Assembly: GCA_045803545.1 (NCBI GenBank)
Contig: JBJMOW010000004.1
Span: 160,001-224,000 of the forward strand
Length of the DNA: 64,000 bases
Source of the DNA: Gemmatimonadaceae bacterium
Lineage (GTDB): Bacteria > Gemmatimonadota > Gemmatimonadetes > Gemmatimonadales > Gemmatimonadaceae
Direction of reading: 5' to 3'
The notes below the pieces were generated by a model. The model ran no database searches and was not told the origin of the DNA. It saw only the letters and a list, made by a program, of their open reading frames with translations. Positions 31,028-41,927 of the stretch are shown here, in pieces. How positions within the stretch are numbered: the stretch's first letter is position 1; each line of letters starts with the position of its first letter. Both the position numbers and the translations under genes were made by a program.

Positions 31028-32179
31028 TCAGGCCGCAGCGGATTTTAGTGCGTTCAGAAAATCCGCTCCCATTTCCTCGATCTGCCATCGCCTGAGGCCT
31101 GGCACTTTCTCCAGATCTTCGAGCGTCTTGGCTCCGCTTCGCGCAACATTCTCCAGTCTTTCCCTGGAGCAGAGCACGCCAGGGTCGAGCTCGAGTCGAC
31201 TCGCAGCCGCGTCGCGTACCGCCTTCAGTCGCCCCACTCGATCATCGAAATCTCGATCCTTGTTCCAGCGCTGACCACGCGGGAATTTCGGCAGCTCCGC
31301 TTCTGGCGCCTCGAGGCCGCGACGAATCGCCGCGACCAGATCGGACCCGCCACGCTCCACCATTCCCCTCGGCATGCCTTTGATCGACGACAGCTCGGTG
31401 GCATTGCGCGGCGCCTTGCGCGCCAGGTCGAACAGCACCTCATTGCCCATCACGCGGAAGGTTGCCCGATCGAGTTGCTCCGCCGTCTTGTCTCGCCACG
31501 TCGCCACCTCGCGCAACACCGCCAGCTCTCGGCGTGTGAGATCGCGCGCTCCCTTCAGGCGGAGAAATCCCTCCATCTCTTCTTCGGCTTCCCAGCGTGT
31601 TCCCTCCAGGCGCGCGAATTCTTCCTGCGCCCAGTGCCAGCGTCCGCGACGCTGTAGCTCGCTCTTCATCTGATCACGTAACTGTAGCAAATACCGCGTG
31701 TCCTGTGCGGCGTACTCCAGCATGTCGTGCGGCAGCGGCCGCATCGACCAGTCGGCGCGCTGGTGTTTCTTGTCGAGCTTAACATCGAAGAACTGCTCGA
31801 GCAGCGCCGCCAGCCCGAAAGACTTGATGCCGAGCAGCTGCGCAGCGACGCGAGTGTCGAAGATGGTGGTGACGTGCCAACCGTAATCCTGATGCAGCAG
31901 TCTCAGATCATAATCAGCGTCGTGAAAAACGACTTCGATCGCGTTGTTCTGCAGCAGCTCCCCCAGCTTCGGTAGCGATCCGATCGGAAGCGGATCGATG
32001 ATCGCATTACGCTCGCGGGTTGATACCTGGAGCAGGTAGATGCGATCGAGAAAGCGGTGGAAGCTCGCGCCCTCGGTGTCGAGTGCAAGCTCTTTGACGT
32101 CCGAGATTTCGTTTAGAAAACGCTCGACTTCCGCAGGCTTGTCGAGGTAGAGTGCGGTTTCGCTGTTCACAACGGGCAT
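31028..32179 (-). CDS. rnd: Ribonuclease D (DEDDy exonuclease + HRDC)
   Basis: ALDTEG, FHDADYD, FDTRVAA, DWSMRPL, YAAQD, HRDC C-terminus. Confidence 0.9.
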   Translation of the reverse strand: MPVVNSETALYLDKPAEVERFLNEISDVKELALDTEGASFHRFLDRIYLLQVSTRERNAIIDPLPIGSLPKLGELLQNNAIEVVFHDADYDLRLLHQDYGWHVTTIFDTRVAAQLLGIKSFGLAALLEQFFDVKLDKKHQRADWSMRPLPHDMLEYAAQDTRYLLQLRDQMKSELQRRGRWHWAQEEFARLEGTRWEAEEEMEGFLRLKGARDLTRRELAVLREVATWRDKTAEQLDRATFRVMGNEVLFDLARKAPRNATELSSIKGMPRGMVERGGSDLVAAIRRGLEAPEAELPKFPRGQRWNKDRDFDDRVGRLKAVRDAAASRLELDPGVLCSRERLENVARSGAKTLEDLEKVPGLRRWQIEEMGADFLNALKSAAA

Positions 32180-32292
32180 TCGCGAAATCTAAGTGTGCGA
32201 ATGGTGCGGGACGCCGGCTCATCCTCGACAAAGTCTCTGAAACGCGAAATCGGCGTTAGTTTTCGACCCGACACCCATCACACCGTAGCCAA

Positions 32293-32712
32293 ATGCCACA
32301 GGACTTTCAGGTCCACATCTATCCGAGCGACTGCGATTCGGTCGGCCACGTCAATCACGCTCACCTGCTCACCCTACTCGAGCGCGCTCGCTGGTCGGCT
32401 CTCGAACGGCACATGTCGTACGAGGAATACATGCGGACTAGCCTGTGGGCAGTCGTCCGTAAAGTTGAAGCATCCTACTCGGCACAGGTTTTCCCCGGAG
32501 ACGACCTGACCATCCGTACCGGACTTCTCTCCGTCGGCAACACCAGCTTCATCGTGCGGCAGGTAGTCCAGAATAAACGGGGCGTCGTTGTCTGCGACGC
32601 ATCGATCGTCTACGTGACTGTTTCGACGGACGGGAAGCCTATTCCCGTGCCCGATCAGTGGCGCACGCTGTTCTCGCCATGGGAAGAGTCGGAGGCAGCT
32701 AACACGCGATGA
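32293..32712 (+). CDS. 4-HBT/YbgC-like acyl-CoA thioesterase
   Basis: DCDSVGHVNH, ERAR, hotdog-fold pattern. Confidence 0.82.
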   Translation: MPQDFQVHIYPSDCDSVGHVNHAHLLTLLERARWSALERHMSYEEYMRTSLWAVVRKVEASYSAQVFPGDDLTIRTGLLSVGNTSFIVRQVVQNKRGVVVCDASIVYVTVSTDGKPIPVPDQWRTLFSPWEESEAANTR

Positions 32713-32737
32713 ACGGTCGCGACCCCGGATTGGCAAC

Positions 32738-33394
32738 GTGACCCAACCGACCGAAGTACGCCCGCCGGTGAGCGCGACCGAGGTCTCCGCGCCGGCTCGT
32801 ATCGGTGCCGTTCTCTTCCGACACCGAGGGTGGCTACCGATCCTGTTCCTCGGCATCCCGCTGGTCGCTCCGGGAACGATGTCCCCGTTCAGATGGGAAG
32901 TAGGTTTGGTGCTGATTGCACTTGGAGAACTGGTGCGACTCGCGGGAGTCGCAGCCGCCGGCACGGTTACGCGACGTCGTTCTCGCAACGTGCAGCGACT
33001 CGTTACGTATGGGATTTTCGCGTGGGTGAGGAACCCGCTCTACATCGGCAACTTCCTAGCTTGGATGGGATTCGTCACCATCTCCGGCGTGTTGTGGTTC
33101 CTGCCGTTCGCGATTCTACTGTTCGCGCTGGAGTATGAGCTGATCGTTCGCTACGAAGAGGGAGTGCTGGAATCGATCTTCGGGCGCGAGTATCTCGATT
33201 ACAAAACGTGCACCCCGCGCTGGATCCCTCGGCCACCGAAGGGAGAGCAAGAGAAGGGTGAATACCATTGGGGCGAAGCGGTGCGCAGTGAGATCAGCAC
33301 CTTTCTCCAGTACATCGTGCTGTTACTGGCACTTTGGATCAAATCGAAAGTCTATGTCCAGGCGGGGGTAACGGGTTTCATCAAAAGCTTCTGA
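32738..33394 (+). CDS. Isoprenylcysteine carboxyl methyltransferase (ICMT/PEMT) family membrane protein
   Basis: LVTYGIFAWVRNPLYIG, EEGVL..FGREY..Y...PRWIP. Confidence 0.82.
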   Translation: MTQPTEVRPPVSATEVSAPARIGAVLFRHRGWLPILFLGIPLVAPGTMSPFRWEVGLVLIALGELVRLAGVAAAGTVTRRRSRNVQRLVTYGIFAWVRNPLYIGNFLAWMGFVTISGVLWFLPFAILLFALEYELIVRYEEGVLESIFGREYLDYKTCTPRWIPRPPKGEQEKGEYHWGEAVRSEISTFLQYIVLLLALWIKSKVYVQAGVTGFIKSF

Positions 33395-33431
33395 CCGAGG
33401 CCCGATGACTAAGGGCATCGTGCCTCAGTCT

Positions 33432-33641
33432 TCAGCTGCCAGCCTTCGAGCGACACTCGACGCACACAACTCTCTCGCCTGAAAACCGCGCTCGGATTCT
33501 GTCCCAGAACGATCCGTAGAGATCGTTACCGCACAGCGAGCGCTTGCAGTTGCCACAAACACCGCCCTGCCCAGCTCTGAAAAACACGCCGCATTTGTCG
33601 CACTGCCACGTGTAAGTGGATTTGCGGAAAACGGCTGGCAC
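33432..33641 (-). CDS. Small Cys-rich putative zinc-finger protein (69 aa)
   Basis: GTG start overlapping the upstream TAG (TAGTG); CDKC-x11-CGNC-x4-CGND-x19-CVEC. Confidence 0.6.
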   Translation of the reverse strand: MPAVFRKSTYTWQCDKCGVFFRAGQGGVCGNCKRSLCGNDLYGSFWDRIRARFSGERVVCVECRSKAGS

Positions 33642-34498
33642 TACACGATGGCGAGCGTCTGCGCGCCACTCCACGACAAGCCGGGCTTGAGCTCCACTGG
33701 AGATCCGATCTGCGCCGCTTCGATGCAGACCATGCGCAGATAGTCCTCGGTGTCGAGCCCGATGAAGCCGGTGACTTTCTCCAACCACGGGTTCCAGACG
33801 ACCGCATCCTTGAATCCAGTCGCGCGAATCTCAACCCGTCGCTCGTTGCCGCGATCTTCTACTTCCACTTTCTTCGGCGCCTTCAGATAAACCCGGTCGG
33901 TCTCATCGGAAACGACGAGTTTTTTGGCCTCGTCTTTTGTCTCGTTGCCGCCTTGAGTCTTATCCAGGTACCACTTGCCGGTGAATCCGCGAATCGCAGT
34001 CTCTCGAATGTCCGCGACCGCGATATAGGTGTGCAGAGCGGCGGTAAAGGTAAAAATCTCGTCACCGGTATTGAATGCGGACAATTCGACGGTGAGCGAC
34101 TTTTCATCGATCGAGACTTTCAACTCCGTGCGAAAGTGATACGGCCACAGCTCCCGGGTGCGGTGATCATCCGTCAGCTGCAAAGTCACTGATGATTGGT
34201 TCTCGTTTTCTCCATCGGGCGTCTCGACGAGCTGCCACTCGCTCTTACGGGCAAATCCGTGCTGCGGCAAACCGCCGAGATTGGCGAATTGAGGCCATAT
34301 CACCGGAATGCCGCCGCGAATCGGATCGCCGGCGGCAAACGTCGCTCTCTTGCCCATGAACAGCACCTCCTGTCCGCCGCCAGGAATCCACGACGTTACG
34401 TGAGCGCCATTGAGATAGATGTCAGCCGAGCTGCCCGACGGATGCGAAAGCAAAACCGTCGGCAGTCCGTTCTTTCCGGGAACGATTGGTGGGGTCAT
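33641..34498 (-). CDS. D-hexose-6-phosphate mutarotase (aldose 1-epimerase family, YeaD-like)
   Basis: GAHVTSW, IRGGIPVIWPQF, HGFAR, ALHTY, VVWNPW, MVCIEAA. Confidence 0.9.
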   Translation of the reverse strand: MTPPIVPGKNGLPTVLLSHPSGSSADIYLNGAHVTSWIPGGGQEVLFMGKRATFAAGDPIRGGIPVIWPQFANLGGLPQHGFARKSEWQLVETPDGENENQSSVTLQLTDDHRTRELWPYHFRTELKVSIDEKSLTVELSAFNTGDEIFTFTAALHTYIAVADIRETAIRGFTGKWYLDKTQGGNETKDEAKKLVVSDETDRVYLKAPKKVEVEDRGNERRVEIRATGFKDAVVWNPWLEKVTGFIGLDTEDYLRMVCIEAAQIGSPVELKPGLSWSGAQTLAIV

Positions 34499-34548
34499 TA
34501 ATCAGATATTGATTGCCGAGCACCGGGTTCGCCAGCCGCTCGGAGCTA

Positions 34549-34812
34549 CTACCGGTTGGGCCGTCCCGGAGGATTCGGAGACTTGAAGACGTCCCGGTTG
34601 ATCTGGATATACTCCTTCATGTTCGCCGGCACATCCTCTTCCGGAAAAATCGCCGTAACCGGACACTCCGGCTCGCATGCCCCGCAATCGATGCATTCGT
34701 CGGGGTGGATGAAGAGCTGGTCCGCTCCCTCGTAAATGCAGTCGACGGGACACACGTCGACACAAGCGCGGTCCTTCGTGTTCTTGCACGCTTCGGTTAT
34801 GATGTAGGGCAT
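34549..34812 (-). CDS. Dicluster (7Fe-type) ferredoxin
   Basis: MPYIITEAC..ACVDVCPVDCI..IHPDECIDCGACEPECP. Confidence 0.9.
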   Translation of the reverse strand: MPYIITEACKNTKDRACVDVCPVDCIYEGADQLFIHPDECIDCGACEPECPVTAIFPEEDVPANMKEYIQINRDVFKSPNPPGRPNR

Positions 34813-34950
34813 CTCAGTCCGATTTTGCGGCGCCGAACGAGAGAACGACGAGCGCCGACGATTCCTTGGCGAAAAATAGAGTCGCTGCCTCCAATCGCAA
34901 CAGTGAGCGAGGCACATTCCGGCCCGCCGACGGCGTTCGATGCACGTAGT

Positions 34951-35259
34951 CTACCGTTTGATAATGCCGAGTAACACGCCAAGTGCGAAGAGCGCGATGA
35001 TCGAAAGCACGGTGATGACCAGCCGGCGTCGGGTTCTCACCACGGCTGACCAGACCTCTTCGTCGAGATAGTACGTGCCGGGAGCCGCCTCACGGATGAC
35101 TGCGCGATTGTGCAGTCGCTTGATCGCCAGGGATTGCCCGAATCCCATCGCCTGATAGGACTGTGCGCGATCAGGCGACGTCGCGCCCGCGGCGCGAAAG
35201 TCGTCGATCACTTCCTGCTCGCGCCTTCTGAGAATCGCAGCTACCGCCGGTGCGCCCAT
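34951..35259 (-). CDS. Hypothetical protein with a C-terminal TM helix
   Basis: In-operon ORF, hydrophobic C-terminus. Confidence 0.6.
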   Translation of the reverse strand: MGAPAVAAILRRREQEVIDDFRAAGATSPDRAQSYQAMGFGQSLAIKRLHNRAVIREAAPGTYYLDEEVWSAVVRTRRRLVITVLSIIALFALGVLLGIIKR

Positions 35260-35263
35260 TTTA

Positions 35264-35572
35264 CTACCTCCGCCAGGGCGGCAATTCGCCGCGGTTTTTC
35301 GTGATCTCCGGATTCTCGCGAAACAGCGTCGCGGTACGCCCGATCACTTGCACTATGTCGGATTTCGTCGCCAGCGCCAGTGACTCCGCAACATCCTTCG
35401 GTTTGATCTGGTCGTCCTTGAAACCGAGCTTCACCTTCACCAGCTCGCGCGTGCGGAGAGCGTCGTCGAGCGAAGTAATCACCGCCGGCGTGAGCCCGTG
35501 CTGACCGACATGCACCGTCGGATCCAGGTGGTGCGCCTCCGCTCTCAGCTCTGCGCGCTCTTTGCCCTTCAA
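35264..35572 (-). CDS. yhbY: YhbY/CRM-domain RNA-binding protein
   Basis: LRAEAHHLDP, VGQHG, ELVKVK, VQVIGRT. Confidence 0.85.
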   Translation of the reverse strand: MKGKERAELRAEAHHLDPTVHVGQHGLTPAVITSLDDALRTRELVKVKLGFKDDQIKPKDVAESLALATKSDIVQVIGRTATLFRENPEITKNRGELPPWRR

Positions 35573-36084
35573 TTGCGGATCCTTCCCGGTTTCGTCATGA
35601 AGCTGCGGACATCAATCGGTGTGCCGTTCCAGTAGTTGGCGTCGCTTCGCATTACCTGGAAGTGAAGATGCGGCGCATCGGGCGACGCGTTGCCAGTAGT
35701 TCCGACAAAACCGATAATGTCGCCCTCTTCCACGGCCAATCCTTCCTTCACATTCGGCGCGTATCCCGTCAGGTGTGCGTAGTACTCGACGTAGCGGCCA
35801 CTCGCGTCGGCTACGTAAATGGTAATTCCACCGGCGCCACTGTTTGCCAGCTTGATGATCCGACCTGGAGCGGCGGCAATGACTGGCGTGCCTCTCATCG
35901 CCATGATGTCAGTGGCCATGTGCATACGTCCGCCGCTCCGCGCTTCGTGGAAGGTGTCTCGCAGCTCACCTGGCACTACACCCTCGACGGGGACCATCAA
36001 CGGATGCGCGCGGAAATACGCCGAGTCCGCCGCCACCATCCCCGTGTTCGATGGCGCTCCGCTTTCCGCGGGCTCAGTGACCAC
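35569..36084 (-). CDS. M23 family metallopeptidase
   Basis: HMATD (HxxxD), YYAHL, GTTGNA, PHLHF; the frame stays open upstream with a signal-peptide-like stretch, so the start is uncertain. Confidence 0.85.
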   Translation of the reverse strand: MVTEPAESGAPSNTGMVAADSAYFRAHPLMVPVEGVVPGELRDTFHEARSGGRMHMATDIMAMRGTPVIAAAPGRIIKLANSGAGGITIYVADASGRYVEYYAHLTGYAPNVKEGLAVEEGDIIGFVGTTGNASPDAPHLHFQVMRSDANYWNGTPIDVRSFMTKPGRIRN

Positions 36085-36182
36085 CGCCGGCGGCAGCCGC
36101 TTGGTCTGCGCCTGGTCGCTGGGCGCGCGTAGATTTACGCATTCCGCGACGGCGAAAACGCAGAGAAGCGCCCCCAGCAGGA

Positions 36183-37744
<1,562 letters not shown>

Positions 37745-37799
37745 GCATCCAATATATACGCGCTGCGAGACATTCGACCTCACAATCACCGAGGTAGCT

Positions 37800-38234
37800 A
37801 TGGCCATGAATATCAAGAAGGTCGTAGTAGGAGGAATTGTTGCAGGGGTAATCCTCAACGTCGTCGATTTCATCGCGAACTACGCACTCGGCGCGCGAAT
37901 GAGGGCAGAAGCCGAAGCCTTCAAGCCAGGTGTCAGCGATCAGATGATGGCGGGTAATGCCGTCATCAGTTACGTGATCATGGATCTCGTGTTGGGAATC
38001 GCGCTCGTGTTTGCGTACGCGGGATTTCGTCCGCGATTCGGACCCGGTCCGCGCACCGCTGTTTACGTCGCGCTCCTCTTCTGGCTGCTGGGCCTCATTT
38101 TCAACGCCGGCTATCGCCAGATGGGAATGATGTCGGCGGGGCTGTGGTGGACGTTCGCGATAATCTGGCTTGTGAGCTTCTCCATCGCCTCGTGGGCAGG
38201 AGCCGCGGTCTATAGCGAGGAGAACGCCGCTTAG
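37800..38234 (+). CDS. Hypothetical 4-TM membrane protein
   Basis: Four hydrophobic segments, RPRFGPGPRTA motif, GAGG RBS. Confidence 0.7.
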   Translation: MAMNIKKVVVGGIVAGVILNVVDFIANYALGARMRAEAEAFKPGVSDQMMAGNAVISYVIMDLVLGIALVFAYAGFRPRFGPGPRTAVYVALLFWLLGLIFNAGYRQMGMMSAGLWWTFAIIWLVSFSIASWAGAAVYSEENAA

Positions 38235-38328
38235 CGGGAGGTGGTTGGCGAGAGGCGGGAGACCGAAGGCGAGGCGTAGGCTGGGTGTAAGGTTGGTGCC
38301 GACGGCTGTCCGCAGTCGTCAATTGGAT

Positions 38329-38490
38329 ATGGGGAAATTGTTTGGGTTCATCGGTGCGACGGTCGGCAGCTATGCGGGCTGGTTCCTCGGCGCGAGAGTC
38401 GGCATCACTACGGCAGTCATGCTGAGTTTTGTCGGTACTGGCGTCGGTATTTACTACGGCCGCAAGATCGCCAACAATTACGAGACATAG
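38329..38490 (+). CDS. Small Gly-rich membrane protein (53 aa)
   Basis: MGKLFGFIGATVGSYAGWFLG...GTGVGIYYGRK, followed by a terminator. Confidence 0.6.
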   Translation: MGKLFGFIGATVGSYAGWFLGARVGITTAVMLSFVGTGVGIYYGRKIANNYET

Positions 38491-38506
38491 TCGCCACGAC
38501 AGGAAG

Positions 38507-38540
38507 AAAAAAAAGGCGCGCTCGTCTGAGCGCGCCTTTT
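38507..38540. terminator. Bidirectional intrinsic terminator
   Basis: A-run + GGCGCGCTC-GTCT-GAGCGCGCC + TTTT between convergent genes. Confidence 0.82.
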
Positions 38541-38559
38541 CCATTTGCGGTTATCTCGA

Positions 38560-39486
38560 TCAGACCGACTGCTGCACTACCATCGGTTGGTTCAGCTTGA
38601 TCGCGATGCGACCGCCGTTGGGAACGCAGCCATCGTACTTGCCAGTCGCGCCGGCGACGATTGCGCCCGCCGCCGCACCGCCAGCCGCGCCGATCACAGT
38701 CGACTTGGTGTGGTGCCCGAAGATCTGCCCCGCGATAGCGCCGATAACGGCGCCGGTTGCGACTTTCTTGGCGTCATTGCTGGCGTCGCCGTTGCGCACC
38801 TTGTCGACCTGCGCCGACGTGACAGTCGAATTCACGGCGTAGGTCTTACCGTTGAAGGCAATAGACTTCACCGCGAATTCCATCTCGATGTTGTCGTTTG
38901 CATTCTCGCTGCGCTTGACAGCGGTGACTTCGATCACCGCGGTTGCGCCTGCCGGAATTGCGACACCGTTCGATCCCTGGACCGACTCGGCGACGTTAGC
39001 GGTGAAGCGATCGCCAATCTGATAAGTGTTGGTGCAAACGCGCTGACCGGCGAAAAGCGAAATCTCGGATCCGGTGGCGATGGTGCCGACAGCACCTTCT
39101 TTAGAGGCGCCAGTCGTAGCGGTCTCAGTAACCGTGTTTCCGTTGGACGTAGTGACAGGTGTGTTGACGGGCGCTGTCGTTGGATTCGTCGCGACGCGGC
39201 GAGGATTTCTGCTCGGCGTGAGAATCTCGGCCGGAGTCTGCCGCTTGGCGACACGAGGAGCCTGAGTCGTCGGAGTCTCAGCGGGCGTGACAGTCACCGG
39301 AACGTCCTTGAGCTGAGGCTGCGCAGCGCTGTCGGCGTTCGCAAGCTGGAGATCGTGAGCGAGGGAGGTGTCCTGAGCGAGCGCGTCTTCTGGCTTGTCG
39401 CCCTGCTTGCAGGCACCGAGTGCCAGCGTAAATGCAAAGAGGACCGGAGTAGCGATCCTCGAGAAAGTGGTTTTGGTCATAGTCAT
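38560..39486 (-). CDS. Lipoprotein with a C-terminal glycine-zipper region
   Basis: Lipobox LGAC, Thr/Pro linker, GAVIGAIAG..GAAGGAAAGA. Confidence 0.72.
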   Translation of the reverse strand: MTMTKTTFSRIATPVLFAFTLALGACKQGDKPEDALAQDTSLAHDLQLANADSAAQPQLKDVPVTVTPAETPTTQAPRVAKRQTPAEILTPSRNPRRVATNPTTAPVNTPVTTSNGNTVTETATTGASKEGAVGTIATGSEISLFAGQRVCTNTYQIGDRFTANVAESVQGSNGVAIPAGATAVIEVTAVKRSENANDNIEMEFAVKSIAFNGKTYAVNSTVTSAQVDKVRNGDASNDAKKVATGAVIGAIAGQIFGHHTKSTVIGAAGGAAAGAIVAGATGKYDGCVPNGGRIAIKLNQPMVVQQSV

Positions 39487-39496
39487 CTCGGGAACT

Positions 39497-39532
39497 AAAA
39501 AGGGATGCAGTCTCATCACAGACCGCATCCCT
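39497..39532 (-). terminator. Intrinsic terminator between the two lipoprotein genes
   Basis: Minus strand AGGGATGCGGTCT-GTGATG-AGACTGCATCCCT-TTTT. Confidence 0.75.
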
Positions 39533-39548
39533 CTTTACGCTCTAGGAG

Positions 39549-40208
39549 TTAGTAACGTGGGGCACGGCTGATTGGATTACCGCCAACGCTGATACCAGAT
39601 CTGCTAATTCCGCCGATTCTGCCGCCGCCCGGAATGGGAAACGGGATCCTCTGGTTGATCGAGCCGCGAGTGTGCCGGCCATCAGTGCGAGGATCGCAGT
39701 TGTCGACGTCGCCGCCGACTACACCACCACGAATCACCGCGCCGAGGATCGTGCCGAGGACAGCGCCAACACCGGAACCACCACTGCTCACGCGCCCATC
39801 GTCACCACCAGACGACGAACCGCTCGGATAGGATACCGCGACAGGTTGCGGACGCGGCGACACCGGAGTCGGATCGACTGGTGCGGGAGCGACTGACTGC
39901 TCCTCTGTAGTCTGCGCGACAGTCGCGGGCGCCTTGGTTCTGACAACCTGAGGCGGCGACTTCGGAGCAGGCTTATGAGTTCTCGCGCGAGTCGTTGGAG
40001 TCTGCTGACGAGCAGGCGGAGTCGTCCGCTCGATCGCGGAGACAACCTGTTGGCCCGCGTTCGGAGAGCTGTTTGCAAGGGTGATCCCATCGGACGAGGA
40101 GGCGAGCTCCAGGTCTTTCTTGAGATCATCATTCATCGCTGTCTTCTTGTCTGCACTGCAAGCAGCGAGAACCGCAGCTCCAGCAAGCAACAGATAAGTC
40201 TTTCTCAT
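39549..40208 (-). CDS. Low-complexity lipoprotein
   Basis: Lipobox LAAC, Pro/Thr-rich, Gly-rich C-terminus. Confidence 0.65.
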   Translation of the reverse strand: MRKTYLLLAGAAVLAACSADKKTAMNDDLKKDLELASSSDGITLANSSPNAGQQVVSAIERTTPPARQQTPTTRARTHKPAPKSPPQVVRTKAPATVAQTTEEQSVAPAPVDPTPVSPRPQPVAVSYPSGSSSGGDDGRVSSGGSGVGAVLGTILGAVIRGGVVGGDVDNCDPRTDGRHTRGSINQRIPFPIPGGGRIGGISRSGISVGGNPISRAPRY

Positions 40209-40486
40209 AAAAACTCCTTTCCCACGACTGGGTATAACTCTCTCGAGTCGTATACACCGGCGAAAAACATATGGTTCGCGCCGGTGCCATCTATATAGGC
40301 AACCTGGACGCCGATGATTATCTCGTGTTTTGAGGACTTAACTCTCGATTTTCCTAGAGCGTGTCACCGGCGATGGACACGCCTTGTCTCGGTAGTGAGA
40401 CGACGGCTTTTCGTAAGACACTTCGGATCCGAGATCCACTATGCGGGAACTCGCGTCCAGCTACGATCTCGCCTAGGTTCGCCAGG

Positions 40487-41038
40487 ATGAAACACGCGCT
40501 CCTTTACGTGATCGCAATCGCAGCTCTGCTCGGCTGCCAGCAGCGAAGCGCGACGGACATGACCGCCAGCGAACAGAAAGCGGTCGCCGATTCTCTCAAG
40601 AAGCTCGTGGTCAGTGCGTATGACTTATCGAAACCAGATCCCGTTAAGAGTCTGATGAGTCTTTATCCCGACAGCGGGCGGGTGATCTCGGCCAGTGGCG
40701 GCGTCGTGACGACTACTCGCCCTCAGCTCGAGCAGGGGATCAAAGCGTTCTGGGGGTATGTCGGCCAGAACATGAAAAACCCGAAATGGGAATGGACGTC
40801 AATGAACGTCGATGTGCTCGCCCCCGACGCAGCGGTGATGACGAGCACATATCGCGTCCCGCACCAGACGCCGACCGGGATGAATCACGTTATCGGCGGT
40901 GCGTGGACAGCTGTATTTCAGAATCGCGGAGGTCGCTGGGTGGTCATCCAGGAGCACCTGTCTGACGTACAGAGCAATCTTAATTTGCAGATGCAGGACA
41001 CCATGCCAGGCATGGTCATGCCCCACAGCAACCCCTGA
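40487..41038 (+). CDS. NTF2-like (DUF4440/SnoaL) lipoprotein
   Basis: Lipobox LLGC; VDVLAPDAAV, WTAVFQNRGGRWVVIQEHLS. Confidence 0.72.
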   Translation: MKHALLYVIAIAALLGCQQRSATDMTASEQKAVADSLKKLVVSAYDLSKPDPVKSLMSLYPDSGRVISASGGVVTTTRPQLEQGIKAFWGYVGQNMKNPKWEWTSMNVDVLAPDAAVMTSTYRVPHQTPTGMNHVIGGAWTAVFQNRGGRWVVIQEHLSDVQSNLNLQMQDTMPGMVMPHSNP

Positions 41039-41041
41039 GCG

Positions 41042-41254
41042 TTACTCCCCCATCTCTCCGCCCGAAGAGACAGATGACTTGAGCTGCTGGCTCATCTCGG
41101 CTTCGCCGCTGATGATCGAGCGCCAAGTCAGCTCGGGTCCCCTTCGGAAGCCCTTCTGGGTGACCTTAACTCCCTCTGGCGAAATGGCGACCATGTAGGG
41201 TTTGCCGTCGATCTCGATTTCCCGCTTCAGCGTCTTTTCGAGTTTTGTAGCCAT
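41042..41254 (-). CDS. Small hypothetical protein
   Basis: MATKLEKTLKREIEIDG..., GGAGG RBS. Confidence 0.65.
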   Translation of the reverse strand: MATKLEKTLKREIEIDGKPYMVAISPEGVKVTQKGFRRGPELTWRSIISGEAEMSQQLKSSVSSGGEMGE

Positions 41255-41405
41255 GCCCCCTCCGGGGAGTTGGGTTAGTCGTTGAGGGTATAATACGCGC
41301 CCCGGGCTCCGCCAACGAGCCCCCCGGCCTAGGTTGGCACCCTGTTAGGCGCGGCTAATGTAGCCTCATCAGTAGTTCATTCGTCTTTAGGAACACGGAG
41401 ATCGA

Positions 41406-41918
41406 ATGGCTGCAATGCCTTTACAGGCCCCGGGCGACGACAGCGCCCACCTCATATACGAGTTCGAGCGCCGCGCCTACCCGGTCAGGAATTCTTTACT
41501 GACGATTGGCCGCGATGCCGCGAGTCATATCCTCATTCGTGAGCCGGCAGTATCGCGCAACCACGCCGAGCTGCGTCTCGAGGATGGCAAGTTCGTAATT
41601 CATCCGTGTGGAGTTAATCCGACGCTGGTCAACGGCAGTGTGCTCGCGGAGCCTCGGTCGCTGTCCGAAGGTGACAAGGTCGCTGTCGGCTCGGCCCTCT
41701 TCACGTTTACGACGCAGCGACTGCCGTTGGGTGTAGCTGTGATCGATCCGGCAACAGCGACGAAGCGCGAGAAAGACATCAGCACGCGTCGCAACACGAT
41801 CAAGCATCCGATCCTTGCCAGCGATCTCGATCCCGATTCGCCGCGCCGGGTTCCGACCAACATCATCATTGGCGCAATCGCGGTGATCGTCGTGATTCTC
41901 TACCTGCTCGGCCGATAG
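41406..41918 (+). CDS. FHA domain protein with a C-terminal TM anchor
   Basis: IGR, VSRNHA, NPTLVNG, LSEGD motifs. Confidence 0.85.
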   Translation: MAAMPLQAPGDDSAHLIYEFERRAYPVRNSLLTIGRDAASHILIREPAVSRNHAELRLEDGKFVIHPCGVNPTLVNGSVLAEPRSLSEGDKVAVGSALFTFTTQRLPLGVAVIDPATATKREKDISTRRNTIKHPILASDLDPDSPRRVPTNIIIGAIAVIVVILYLLGR

Positions 41919-41927
41919 CCGACTGCG

